Source: Ophelia neglecta (Eukaryota). Taken from it: a stretch of 64,000 bases of DNA. Within the stretch, counting starts at the first letter, position 1, and each line of letters begins with the position of its first letter. Of this stretch, positions 12,881 to 25,340 are shown one piece after another. A program made the position numbers and the translations under genes. The stretch lies in the NCBI GenBank assembly GCA_965285935.1, contig OZ260665.1, positions 62,620,001-62,684,000 on the forward strand, read 5' to 3'. Under the pieces are notes generated by a model, which searched no databases, was not told the DNA's origin, and saw only the letters and a program-made list of their open reading frames with translations.

Positions 12881-15800
12881 ACTTATGGATCCCTTTGAGT
12901 TGTCACCTGGATCTGGAGATTCCCTGAGTATTTGTCCGCTTATCCGCTACTGCCTTACCATTTGTAAGTTGGAAGAAACTAATTTTGGAAAATGAAGCAA
13001 TGCTACTTAGGATATTGCTGTACTGTACGGAGCCTTGCCAATTGCCCCACCAGGGTAGAGAACTGTCCATTAAATAAGCATATAATTAAAAGAACTTTAA
13101 AAATACGAACAATTGGCACCTCTGTTGACAATTTTTAATATATACTTGCTCTATAGCCACTTGCAATATGCGTCAAGCTTATGTTTAAGGCTTCATAGAA
13201 CTACATTTTTCTGTTTGACAGTAATTCAGTTGTTAAGCATTGATTATATTGTTCTTGTGGTTATATTATAACCCTATCCCTGTTAGCTGTTAGTAGTTTA
13301 GAAATATTGTCCTAAATGTTGTTATGAACAAAGCTTTACGACTAAAGGAACTAGTCCTCTTTAACTGCGCATCAAACTGGATCTTTACCTGTTGTCTTAG
13401 TGCTGCTAAATTGCAACATGTTTCTCACTGCTTTTCTTTGTAAATTGCTACATTTACTAATTTCGCCTTTTATTTATGAATAATCTCTACATTACTTTTT
13501 ACATAACTGTAAAGTGATGCTTCTAACCATGTTCAGTAGAACAAACATACTAAATTGGTCTCACGTTAACGCATAATTTGAAACCATATCAGCTGTTCCT
13601 GATATTATTCATCTGCAGTTTAAATAAAATAAATCTGACTTAGTCTGAATCACTGAGCCAACTCCGGGCCAATATCCTCTAGCTCTAGAAGATTTCTATT
13701 GTTTTTGTTCTAAACATTGTACAAGGCATCGTTCCATAAACATCCACAAAACTATCAATTATACCAGCCGACATTTTGGAGCTAAAAACATTATTTAGAG
13801 TAAAATAATCGAAACGAATTTATTGAGGTGTTGCCCTACGAATAGCATCATTCAGATTTTCATGGAAGGCAAAAAGTGTCTTTGATATTTATTTTCTGTT
13901 TGTAAGTGCTATATTTCAATAAATCTAATAGGAAATCAATTATTGTGTTTGATTCTGCAATTAGAAAAGTTGACTGTTAAAAAGTGTAAGATACTCGTTA
14001 TTAAGGAAAAGTTAGACTATAACATATAGTTTCATATTGTTACTCCAGATATGGAGCAATTTGATTGAGTATTGATAGTCTCGCACTCAATTCGTAGCCC
14101 TTTTCCTTCGGTCAAAGGCAGTACACTTTCACCTGAGTGACGATAGCCTTCCTTAACAATATATTTTGAACTAATCTGCTTCTGAGGCTGTCATATGAAC
14201 GCGAGATGTATCCGATTACTGCTTTAACTGATATGCTTTATTTGAGTTTTCATATCCTTTCACTGGTCCCTAGATATGAACACAGGAATTTTGTAAATTC
14301 GATCTGTATTAAAATCACAGGTAAATTTGGTAGAAGGTGAGTTGTTTTGCGGTGAGATGTTATGCGTTCTTTCATGTATATATATAAATATATATTGCAA
14401 AATCGTTTTATAGCCTTCTGAACCAAAAGAGGAACATTTAATACGTATATAGTCTCTCATTCTATTAGTAGGTAACGAAGCGGATATGTAAATCCTTTGA
14501 GGATAAAATGTCGTTTGTTACAGATAAATATGGTCAGTCACAATAAAAGATGGCGTTTTCAATTTACATAATTAACATTTCATAAAGGAGATACCTTTTC
14601 ATCTTTAGTGGGCATGAACATGTTGCACCCATCTCCCATCTTATTACTTTTCACAATTTCGAGAGGGCTTATCCTATCACAGACCATCGTATGGCATATT
14701 TCATCTCTGTCCTACGTTGACCACTGACTCGTTTATTTTGTCCACAGTCCCACATTAATAGAAAGCTCTTACATCTCACTGCAGGTGATATCAATCACAA
14801 TCATTTGTTATTTATTTCCCGACTAACTTATTTCAAGTTCGGTAGCTGCGGGTAGTTATTCGTAGGCCTACTTCTGACGAATCTGGTTGATTTCAGACCG
14901 AGTTCATTATTTCTTGAAAGACGATTTAGATTGCCTGCCGGGTGTCTACTCTCATTTTTTGCCTCCAGCACCTGGCATGCTTCCCACCATACAAATATAA
15001 AATGTACTTTTATAAATTTGTTTCCATAATAATAAGCATTTGTAAAGCGTACAAATGATTAAAATTGTTGCCATTTGCTTAAAAAGACATTTCTCCAAAA
15101 TAATATTAAGTTAAACCCATCGACAACGGTTAATATTAATTGCCAAAGTTAAACAAAAGAATGTTTTTCTTTGTGAAGCAAGACAAAACACATTACCTAG
15201 TTTTCATGTCTTTATAAATATAGAAATGCTATGGACACGTTTTATTCCCTCTCGTAGCTCATTCCATGAGCCGGGATCACATTTTATATACTCGATCTCC
15301 ACCAGTTGTCAGACGGTATCGTGGCTGATAGAGCAGGCAGAAAGGGGCTGACCTTAAATGTCTAGCAGACGTATACAAGGTCAGACTATCCGCCAAGTAA
15401 GCTAGAGCATCACCACGAGTCATTTATGGACTCTGGATTAACACATTTAAATGAAGTTGTACCCAATATGACATTTTGGACTGCCTCTAGCTTCATGCAA
15501 TAATCTCACGGGTTTGAATGGCAGAGTGATCCATGAAAAAGGAAAAAAGCATTCATACTTGTCAAACAAACTTATTATAATATTAATAAAAGCACCAATC
15601 TGAGGGTAAAAATTGATGCCTCTTGCATTTCGTGATATATGAATGAGCCGGCGTCTGATGTTTCCTTTAGCTGCAATCTAGGAAAATCGAGTGGGCTTTC
15701 TATCAGCGTACAGAAATACGACCCTTAAAATCACACAACTGCAATTGGTTATTAGATCATTTTACCGAAAAATATTGTTGCTGAGTTCAGAAAGTTATTA

Positions 15801-16373
15801 TGAAATGCATGCACAAGTGTCTTATTCCTATTTTACTGAGAATATTATATTCATAAAAAAAAACCAGAAATAGCAGATGTCCTAAATTCAAATGTTGTTC
15901 GTTTGTTTGTCGTCCTTCATTCCTCCAAAAAGGAGATTTCAACAAGAAAAAAAACAGAGAAGGTAAAAGATTTAAATACATTTTTACAAGCAAACAACCG
16001 CACATTATTCAGTCAAGGGACCATTTATACAGCATATCGTTGGAGATCAGCTCTCTTATACCATACCAGTATATTGCATTCATACACATAACTGTCACTT
16101 TTTCTTTACACAAACCGTGGCATTTGAAGAACGAAACTCATAAATACGTCACTAGACATATGGTAAAGGACTGATGACCCAAGGACCCTTAAGCTTAGCT
16201 TTCACTTCATTAAAGCATTCAATTTCAATATATACCACCATATCTTGTCGATATTACCCAGTGTTTCTTCTAAGACATTTCATCTTTCATCCTACATCAT
16301 ATAAAGACCATCTAGGCCACAGCAAGCGTAAAGCCGAGCCTATACATTTAATATCAAACTTGCTATTTCAAAG

Positions 16374-18063
16374 GTAAGTTCTTAGCTGTAGGGAAGTCGG
16401 TGTAATGTTTCAAATCATATATAACACAAGTAACAACTTTATTAATATTGAATGTATCGCCATCGCATATAGATTAAGGGAAAAGTCCTACATTCGTTCA
16501 GAATATATGGACAACAGATTAGACCAGTTGATACTCAGTTGGCCTTTTAAAGAATGTACACAGAAAACTTCAAGGCCTTTATTAGGAATATTTATAAAAT
16601 ATATGCCCGTCATTCTAAAAGGCATTTCTCGGGGTCATGAACCCAAATTGACCATTGAAGCCTTTCTTATTTTGTAAGTGTTCCTAATTGACCTGAAGCA
16701 ATATGATGTGGCCACAATTCAAAAAAAAAGAAGAAAATCAATCGGTTATCAAAGTATTGGTTCTAAAACAGACTTAAAATAATCAAGAAATAGCCAAAAG
16801 TACCATAAATAAGCTAATAGTTTTCAAAGCAGTTGGTGTTAGTTGATAAAAAAAAAAACGCTGATTACTTATTGTTTTACTTCGAGTTATTGAATGGTGG
16901 CATCAACTTACTGCCACGGGGACTGTGTTATAGGCAGCATTAACTCGACAGCATTAGAGTTTAATAAACGTTACGTCACTTGGTATATTACGTCGCCCAC
17001 AAATCACTGTCGTTGTTTATAATCATGTGGTTAACTCGACAGCATTAGAGTTTAATAAACGTTACGTCACTTGGTATATTACGTCGCCCACAAATCACTG
17101 TCGTTGTTTATAATCATGTGGCCTGCTTGAGGGGGAACATCACTTTGATACTGAAACACTAACCCGTGTCATTAGGTTATATGTGAACAAAGCATCTGCA
17201 ACACGTATACAAGATCAAGAACATTCATTACAGCTAATTCAGGCCAACTCGGGAGTAAATATGAGCTTGTTTGGTTAATTAGATTAACCTATCAAAAGGG
17301 TTACGTCCGATAAACACGCATGACTCTATTTAGTACTAATTTGCTGTTTAAGATCAACGACTAGAACTGTTGTTCTTTTCGACCTAAATTCGAGGTGTAC
17401 TCGGGCAAGTTGTTCTAATTATAATAACAATTATGTTATTTGTGCTGCTGAACAACCATTGGTGTGGGTTAAAATTTGTATTAAGTCTATAATGAAGATG
17501 TATTAAATTTAGTATTCTGATATGTCTAATGGGAAAAGGCAAATAGAATCCTCTGTAGGTGATAGTTTAGAAAAAATCCATAGTAAGCCAGAGCTGAAGC
17601 GTTGGGTGTTTCAGTGAATGGGAACGATAAGGCAGGCGGTATGGAAAAAAAGATACGTAGTCTCTCCAGATATTGCGCGTCCAACCTTCTTACTGTTAAT
17701 GTTAAGTATGTTTATAGAGTACAGACAAATTAAGATGGACAAATCTTCGACGAAATATTTAACCGACTATTCGCTGAGTGATGTTCGTATGCAAAACTTT
17801 CTTGTATAGTAGAATATCACTCTAATTATTAAGAGTAATTAAACGAAATGAATAAGCCGAGTGAGATCTATTAAAAACAATATACCATGGGAACATTGAC
17901 TATCAAGTACAGTTTCAGCGTAATCCTATAGCTATATATATAATAGTTGATAAATTCCTTTGTAATAAATCTTAAGAGCATGTTTAGATATATATTCCAA
18001 AAAGAAAGGTTTCCTATCTGATTGTCACGACAAGATATGACGCTGATGTTTTTTCTTTGGCAG
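16374..18063 (+). other. Putative 5'UTR intron of the GPCR gene
   Basis: Consensus donor AAG|GTAAGT at 16373/16374 and acceptor tgttttttctttggCAG| at 18063. Pairing the two sites is inference. Confidence 0.4.
16940..17121. repeat. Perfect 91-bp tandem duplication
   Basis: TTAACTCGAC...AATCATGTGG at 16940-17030 is repeated identically at 17031-17121. Confidence 0.97.
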
Positions 18064-18066
18064 ATT

Positions 18067-18201
18067 ATGAAGCTTTCCCTCGGATCGGCCGGTGGTGAGA
18101 GTGCGCACCAGCAGCCGCCAATGTCGGCACCAGTCGCGGCTACATACGGTTCCTGTCTGCCCGCGACGCACCGCGCTTATAATCAGCAGCTGGCTAGCTA
18201 A
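18067..18201 (+). other. Upstream ORF (44 aa, MKLSLGSAGG...QQLAS) in the putative GPCR leader
   Basis: ATG 18067 lies 3 nt after the acceptor at 18063; TAA at 18199-18201; GC-rich segment. Confidence 0.35.
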
Positions 18202-18875
18202 ATCCCAGCTCAATCGACAGCAGCCAGAAGCTGGACGATCCATCAGTGCCAGGGCGGAGCTGACCGGCCAACCAAGGTGCTTCCCACAATTGGCTTTGCC
18301 AAGTAAGACAGAGTGTCCTGTGGACAAGCTTTAGTAGAGGATGCCCTATGTACCTGGACACGGCTATAAGTGCAAGATTGTCAGAGCGCCCTAGTAGCTC
18401 TGAGGGAAAACAAACTTTCCGAAGAGCTAACTTCGTTTAGACCATCTTGTTCTTAATTTAAAAGGCTCAACGCTCACTAGGTCATCAAATAAGCAATTTG
18501 CTTTTTCTTGAACTCCAATTTTTGCGAAGATAGTTTCTGTTAAGCGCATGTGCTTTCCATTTTCAACACGAAGTGGACAGACTGCGAGATGAGCGCCCGT
18601 TTGATGCCTGCAACTCACTGTCTGCAAGAGACAGTGGCGCCCAGGATATTGTAATATGTGTGCTGGTTATTTGTTTTTGGGTAATTGTATATTGACTTTC
18701 TCGATGCCGTTAGCTGGGATCTTCTAATTAGGATCTCTCGACGGCTAGTGAGTAACTGAACACTGACAACGTTTACTATTGGGACTTTTTCTATCGGTGA
18801 CTTCTCACGAAGTGCTAGACTTGCAGGACTGGTAGTTTGTTATTGAGACAACAGGTCTGGGTTGGTGTGACCAGG

Positions 18876-19763
18876 ATGACAGCCCCAGTTCCGAGAAAGA
18901 CGACAGGGCCCGTGTTTCTGCCGACCCCAGGCTGGCCCGCGGCAGGTGAGTCACCGGTAGATAATGGCTCAGATCACCTTGTCCTCTATGGCTTTCTTAG
19001 CGAGACGGTGACGACCAACCAGACACCGGGGAGTAACTTATCCCAGGACCTAGTTGAAGGCAATGGGACAGCCGGCGGGCAGATTCTTGGCCTTCCCCCT
19101 GAGTCTCAGACAGTATTAATCATCCTGTACACACTCACCACTCTTCTCTCCGTCGTCGGCAATGCCATCGTGATTGTTGTCTTTACCGTAGGAAAACGTT
19201 CACGGACAGACCTGCGTGGATTCCTAATAAACCTGGCCATCGCTGACTTAATAATGGCAGTTTTTTGCATGCCCTTCACATTCACCATGGTCATGCTAAG
19301 CAACTGGGTGTTTTCAGAGCCTATGTGTCCCATAGTGCTTTACATGCAGACTGTGTCCGTTACGGCTAGCGTGTGTACCAATATGGCGATTGGAATAGAC
19401 CGCTTCTGGGTGGTGACTTTCCCCTTGAAGTCACGAATTACCAAATCACGTTCCAAAGTGGTAATCGGGATCATCTGGTGCATTTCGCTGGTTCTCAGTT
19501 CCGTTCAACTTGCCGTGGGACGCTCCAGACGTCAGGAAATCTCGCCGGGATATTTCGTTCGGGATTGTAACGAGATTTGGCCGGATCCGAGCGAGACTTG
19601 GCGGAGGATATACACATTTTTCATCCTAATCCTGACTTACCTTATGCCGCTAGGGATACTCAGTTTCACGTATGGCTTTGTCGGGTGGAAACTGTGGCAG
19701 CGAACTACCCCGGGAAATGCCGATGAGGCCCGAGACTCGCATCAACTCCGCTCCAAGAGAAAG
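18876..19763 (+). CDS. First coding exon (296 codons, N-terminus to ICL3) of a rhodopsin-family neuropeptide GPCR, tachykinin/luqin-RYamide/leucokinin/GPR83-like clade
   Basis: ATG at 18876 (ccaggATGa). N-terminus has N-glycosylation sequons (NGS, NQT, NLS, NGT). TM1 GNAIV, TM2 NLAIADL...PFT, ECL1 WVF...MC, TM3 ending IGIDRF, TM4 W, ECL2 Cys (CNEIWP), TM5 YLMPLGILSFTY, ICL3 TPGNADEARD...SKRK. Ends at phase-0 donor AAG|GTAAGG (GT at 19764). The subfamily call is from motif recall only. Confidence 0.93.
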
Positions 19764-20526
19764 GTAAGGCTCTCCGCCATCAGTCATCTCTGTTCAGCCT
19801 GTGTCTCAAGGCTCTGCATCAACTGCCGTGTAGACACGACAGCACTTCCCTAGTCCTTTATTCTATTGATTGTATATAGATTAAAAGAATTACTGTTAAA
19901 TATTATTTATGTTATCGCTAATAGGTCTATCCAAACGTTTAGACATGTGATACCCACTTAGTGCTATATGTATATAAATGCTTATAGGGCCTATATTATA
20001 ACGATAAAAATGATTTAATGTGGTGCAGGAGTTTGTGGTCCGTTTCTGCACCGTTTGATTCTCAAGACATCTGTACGTTCCCGATTTCTCCTCTATAAAA
20101 CGACTATAAGAGGGTCTATTTTGCAATTTGTGCAGTGCATTATTCATAACCATTTTCCTGCCTTGCTGGGCCGTAAATTTTATAGTTCGTCACACCTTTG
20201 CATGCCGTCGGTAATTGATAGCGATGGCGGTAACCCACACCTTCTTTGTCGTCACAATCTATCAATTTGCTTTGATAATTATACGGCCTCGCGAATGCAA
20301 CGAATAAAACCACTAAATCCGCCGCACAATAATCTAGGAAACTCCAGAGAAGGCGTCTACACTTGGCGACAGAATACGTGTTGCGCCATTTGCCTGAAAT
20401 GGTCGATTCATCATATCGCCATTTCGATTGAAGAGTGTCAAACTCAACCAAGTTCGTGATGTGATAATCCTTTAACGATCGATTACGGAGAACACTGGCA
20501 TGAGACTCGTACATTCTCTCTGTAGA

Positions 20527-21160
20527 ATTGATTGATTGATTGAATAAGTTTATTCGATTGTCAAAGTAACAAATTGTCCAAGAAATAAAAAGTACATTTG
20601 GAAAATTATCACATGTACGTACAAATAGCACCATTGATTGATGTCACATATTTGCATGTACAACGACAACCAAGAGAGATTATAGCAAACACTAAAGACA
20701 ATCGACAAGGGTGTCAGCAAAAGTCTAGAACCTTAAACTTATTTCTATAGTGGCTCTTGCACTTCCTGCATAATATAAAGAATTCACTCCCTGATCAACA
20801 TATAAACTGCAAATAGAATAGCGAGGAGGATTATCACATCTGTGGTAAAGTAAAATTAACAGCAAAGCTCTATTTCTTCATATTGGACATCAAGAAAACA
20901 TTGCCTGAAACTACCAATCTGACTTGTACATTGTATTTGAGACGGGAGTGTATTTAATAGAGTAGCACCTTTAAAAAACTGTTTGATCCAGATTTGCTAG
21001 ATACACTCTGGATACACGCCTGGACTAACAACAAAATATACTTATTCATAACTATACCTAATCAAGGACTAGACATGAACAAAAGTCTATGATAAGATGT
21101 TTGGGGGTATGCAAACGGAATATAACTAACCCGAAAGCCTTTCACTTAATGGTTGTTGTC
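20527..21160 (-). mobile_element. 3' end of a CR1/L2-like LINE with (TCAA)n tail
   Basis: Minus strand reads KSGSNSF-KGATLLNTLPSQIQ...GSFRQ (~20900-20990; cf. SF..G..LWN.LP), then AATAAA (20549-20554) and a TCAA repeat (20527-20543). Confidence 0.7.
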
Positions 21161-23877
21161 AGAAGCTCCGCTGTTGCCCAGGTGGTGAGTCAATTGGTGA
21201 CACCTGTTGTAAACAGGGTAGGCCTATGTCTGGGCGTGATCTGCCATACAGAAGGCATTCCGAGAGCGGAGAAGAGGGGGAAGTAATCGAGGAGCTGCGA
21301 GTCGTGACGGATACTGGCATTAGTGTGTCTGTTGCCTTTCTGTCCGATTGTACGATAATTGTAAGCAGTTGCTCAGTCAATATTGCGAGACAGGCTATTT
21401 TGGCAACTGACAAAAACGCTTCCGTATGAGTTAGTGAAAATAGAAACACACCTGATTTTATGCAATCGGATAACTATTAAGCCAATCACGAAATACTTAT
21501 GGGCTATTTTGCACTTCACAAATTTGCCCTCATGCGGCGTGAAATTAGATAAGTGTTGCATCACGATAATTTGAGTTAAATTGTTGCGGAATGGACGCCG
21601 GTAGTTAAGCTCGGATTGATAGTCGGTATAGTGACCATTTGCAATCCAGCCTGTTAGCCACATTCCAATCCGACCCACGTTTTTCTAATTTTGTGAAATG
21701 ATGAAAATTACACTTGAAGAAGACTATCTTCTAAGATAGCGACGCCATGTTTATGTAACCGGAAGATAAGAGAGAAAACTGAACAGTTTACGCAACTGAA
21801 GTCTTACTACCTCTTAGTTTTGTTACAGAGAAATATAACACGTGTGCATATTCCTGACATCCCTGTCTGCTACCGAAGTAAGCATATCCACAGAAAAAGT
21901 CTTAAGCTATTTCACATCCAAATGACTGATTATCTTTAGTATCGGAATGATCTCAGGCACATTAAGGCAATTTCCAGGCTGAACAAGCCAGCTGAAGAGA
22001 CCCCGAACGCGTTTTCCTGTTGTGCCGTCTGTGCATTATAATGACTACACAATAAGAAAACGCAGGTGGCTTTTTCATCCCATAAATTGCATAAATATAT
22101 GTTCCTGATGACCACGAATTGTAGATTGCATGTCGGCAGTCGCGTAAAGCTAGGCCTCTCGGGATATATTTAAAAAAGGAACTCGCTTGCGACTCGTGTA
22201 CTCTTCGAGCAACCATGAAGTCATGATCATGCCCTACTCATTACACAAAGCGAGGCAGACGACTTTTGTTGCCTTATTTTAAAGGAGAAGCTTGGAATTA
22301 GATCAATTACTGTTCAGCATCGAAAATAGCGTCGAGATTGCGTATCAGTATTGTTACTCCCAAGGGACACCTGTCGGCAGAAGCAATCAAAACCTTTTCA
22401 AGGACTAGCTAATAAAAGACCAAATAAAATCATGGATATTGAAGAATGTCCATACTACATATTCATAGCGCAATTGGGACTATTAAAATAGTCGTTTGGT
22501 TTCTTATATTGATTTGCTTTGATTCATTAACAGGAAAAGGCTGCATACTGGTAACGGTGAACCTCCATACTTTATGACTGAAAAAATTGCGGCCGACAAG
22601 CTTTCTAAATAAGTGCATATCAATTTCGCGGTCAAATGATATATATAATGGGCATATGCATCAAAGCATTGGCTTCCTGTCATGCGCTTACACTCTGCTT
22701 TTGCCTATTAGGCATCGGGGAATTTACAAAGCCTCTACAGTCAGAGGAGTACCTGGGACCACCAATCCCATTTATACAGCCTGTGTTCCTCCGAACAAAC
22801 CACATCTCCTTGCTGAGGTCCGCCTCCCTGAGTACATAGCACACCTTGCTGAGTTACATATATATGGCCCTACGCCCACCAACCCCCATCCCCCGCCCTC
22901 TCTCCAGAAGACATTCCCTACTGGCAGAGTTAATGGTATTAGCCTATAGCCTGTTTTTGTATATATGTCACGATTCTGGTTGTTCGTCTTGTCTTCTTTA
23001 TGGGGTATTCGTCGATATAAGAGTATTAGTAACCAGTTTTTATATACAAACTCAGTCCGCCGGATACGTGACACCTATAAGGGGTGTAATGGTTCTTCTT
23101 AGTACAGGAACAATCTCTGGCTGAGATGGCTTTCCTTAAATCAATACTTGTTAGCAGCTGACGCCCCAGAACCCCACCAGGGTTACATTTGTTCTTGTTA
23201 TTCTTTGCAGGTGACTTATGGTAAGCTAGCCTGGTGCAATCAGATGCTTAGCGTTCGGCATAACGTTATGTACAGTCAATTGACAGAAACTCATTTTGGC
23301 ACTGTGTGGCCATATGTTGCCATACATATAATAACAGCAGGGTGTTTAAGAATTGACATTATCATCGGGATTATCTCGCTATGTCCGTATGGTTACTATC
23401 GAAACGGCAAAGGGAGCTTCAGGCTCATCTTGACCAATGTGGATACCAGTCGGACATCATCTAAGGCAATATGATAGTTCACCTGTAATAGATACTGGCT
23501 CCTATCATTTGGAGGTCTGGTTATACTGGCCTGTTGGGGACCTACCTGCCCATGGGGTCTTAGATAAATATGAAGTACATGTAGCTTATTGTGAGGCACA
23601 TGTAGCTCGCGAGCTAATAGTACGTCGTTCATGGCAAAAAGTATTTGTAAAATTGTGAATTGAGGCAATAGAATCCATGTAGTACATGTGAAACAGTTTG
23701 GCCTGCTTAGCAATACCATCCGTGGAGTCTAAATAACATCTACACTGGATTAAATGAACGAGGTTTATGAATAGGGGTCATGTATGAAGGTTGTGTATAA
23801 TTGTTATGTATGAGAGTTATGTTTGACTGTTATGACTGTATTGTACTCATTCTAGTAGCGTGGATAACCAAATTATC

Positions 23878-23946
23878 CACCACTACACCACCCCCAACAC
23901 CACCATCCCCAACCACCTTCCCCACCCCAACCTATCCCCTCCCAAC
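23878..23946. repeat. C/A-rich low-complexity tract (G4-forming potential on minus strand)
   Basis: ccaccactacaccacccccaacaccaccatccccaaccaccttccccaccccaacctatcccctcccaac. Confidence 0.75.
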
Positions 23947-24999
23947 TACAAAAGCACTGTGTTTGTTTAATGTGGTTGCAACCTGTAGTGTTGGTAAATT
24001 TTAGTGTGTTATCCCCTGGGGAGTCTTCTACATAGATCGACCCATGGAAACGAAACTCTAATTTTAGTGTAGGTTGGTTAACTTTAATCAGGCTCGCATG
24101 TTCAATTTAATTTGGCTTTACAAGGAGTAATCACGCCCATATTTTCAAATTGGGCAATTTGAAGACTGGCGGTAAAATGGGAGAGATCTCAAGGCCCATC
24201 ATGAGCATCACGAATGAAGTCAAGGCATCTGGTAGTTTCTATACACGTAGTTAATACGGTCTATATATTTTCATCGCCCAAAGCATGGTGCGACACAGAG
24301 ATGGATAAAACGCCTATTGATCATGGATCAATGCATTGCATGCCCATACGCATAAAAATAGGTAGTTAAAGTTTATCGATCAGGCTTAGACTGTGCTCGA
24401 TTTATTCATCATTAACTCACTACCAACACGGTGATACTAGATGATGTGAAGTTGTTAATGCAGTCAAGCGTGAGGTTTGATCAGAACGAGGGCCAAGCTG
24501 AAATCTTCGGGAAGAGATGTACTAATTAAGCACACGGAACCCAGCCGAAAATGATTTAATAAACAGCGGGTCTAGGAACGTTGTTAGCGGCTGCGCGAAA
24601 AAAACTCCAAGCATGCAATAGGCACCAGCGAAAGCACAGGGGAAAAGTTACGTTGGCTAGCCCCCACACGCACCCCACCCATTTCTAATGGTTACTTCAG
24701 AATATTCCCGGCGGGCGTTGGGTTGTTGCACCTCCTATGTAGAGGGATAAGAGATCTATATACACATTTATATAGTTATGTATATATATAACTAGACATA
24801 GAAGTAGTTTTGGCACATTCTCTTAGCCAGCGGATTATATGGTTGGCTACAGTACTCGAAAATTGTGAGTTACATTATCTCCAGAGTGGCCTTAAAATTA
24901 GAGCTTTCAATGCTTATATTGGCAGCATATTCCTTACTGCGAAATATGGACACTGAGCGCCATCCAGAGAAATCAAGTTCGCAAGACAAGCTCTAACTC

Positions 25000-25340
25000 T
25001 ACAGTGGTCCAACAAAATCATAAACATTGATCTGTATATATGAAAGAAATAATGTTACCCCAGGGAGCATAACCAAAAGAAAAGAAAATCTGAGATGGCT
25101 AAGAAACCGAATGAGACTGAACACCGGCACATCAACACGAAGAACAGCCAACGAATTTCCCAGGAAAGTGAAAACACCACCACGGAAACCATCTTTAACA
25201 AAGACACGAACATTTTATATTTTACACTGCAGCTCAGTGGTCCAAAAGTGACCCACAAAGAGCAACTTGAATTTAGTATTTGGAAACACAAATGACCCAG
25301 CGAACTGAAAGGACATTATTAGACGCGCAGTATTGCATAA
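25000..25340 (+). mobile_element. Possible Penelope-like GIY-YIG endonuclease relic
   Basis: LRNRM / TEHRHIN across a frameshift (25099-25136) resembles the GETxRxLxxRxxEH core. The downstream ...WKHK*PSELKG resembles WIxxLxTxxPxGLN. Confidence 0.3.

Noticed and set aside
18837-18875. ORF-track start 13 codons upstream of the ATG
   Set aside because: It is a TTG start; a eukaryotic ATG in reasonable context is at 18876.
20055-20634. 134-aa and 164-aa ORFs just inside the intron
   Set aside because: Non-ATG start or overlap with the LINE tail microsatellite; no domain similarity.
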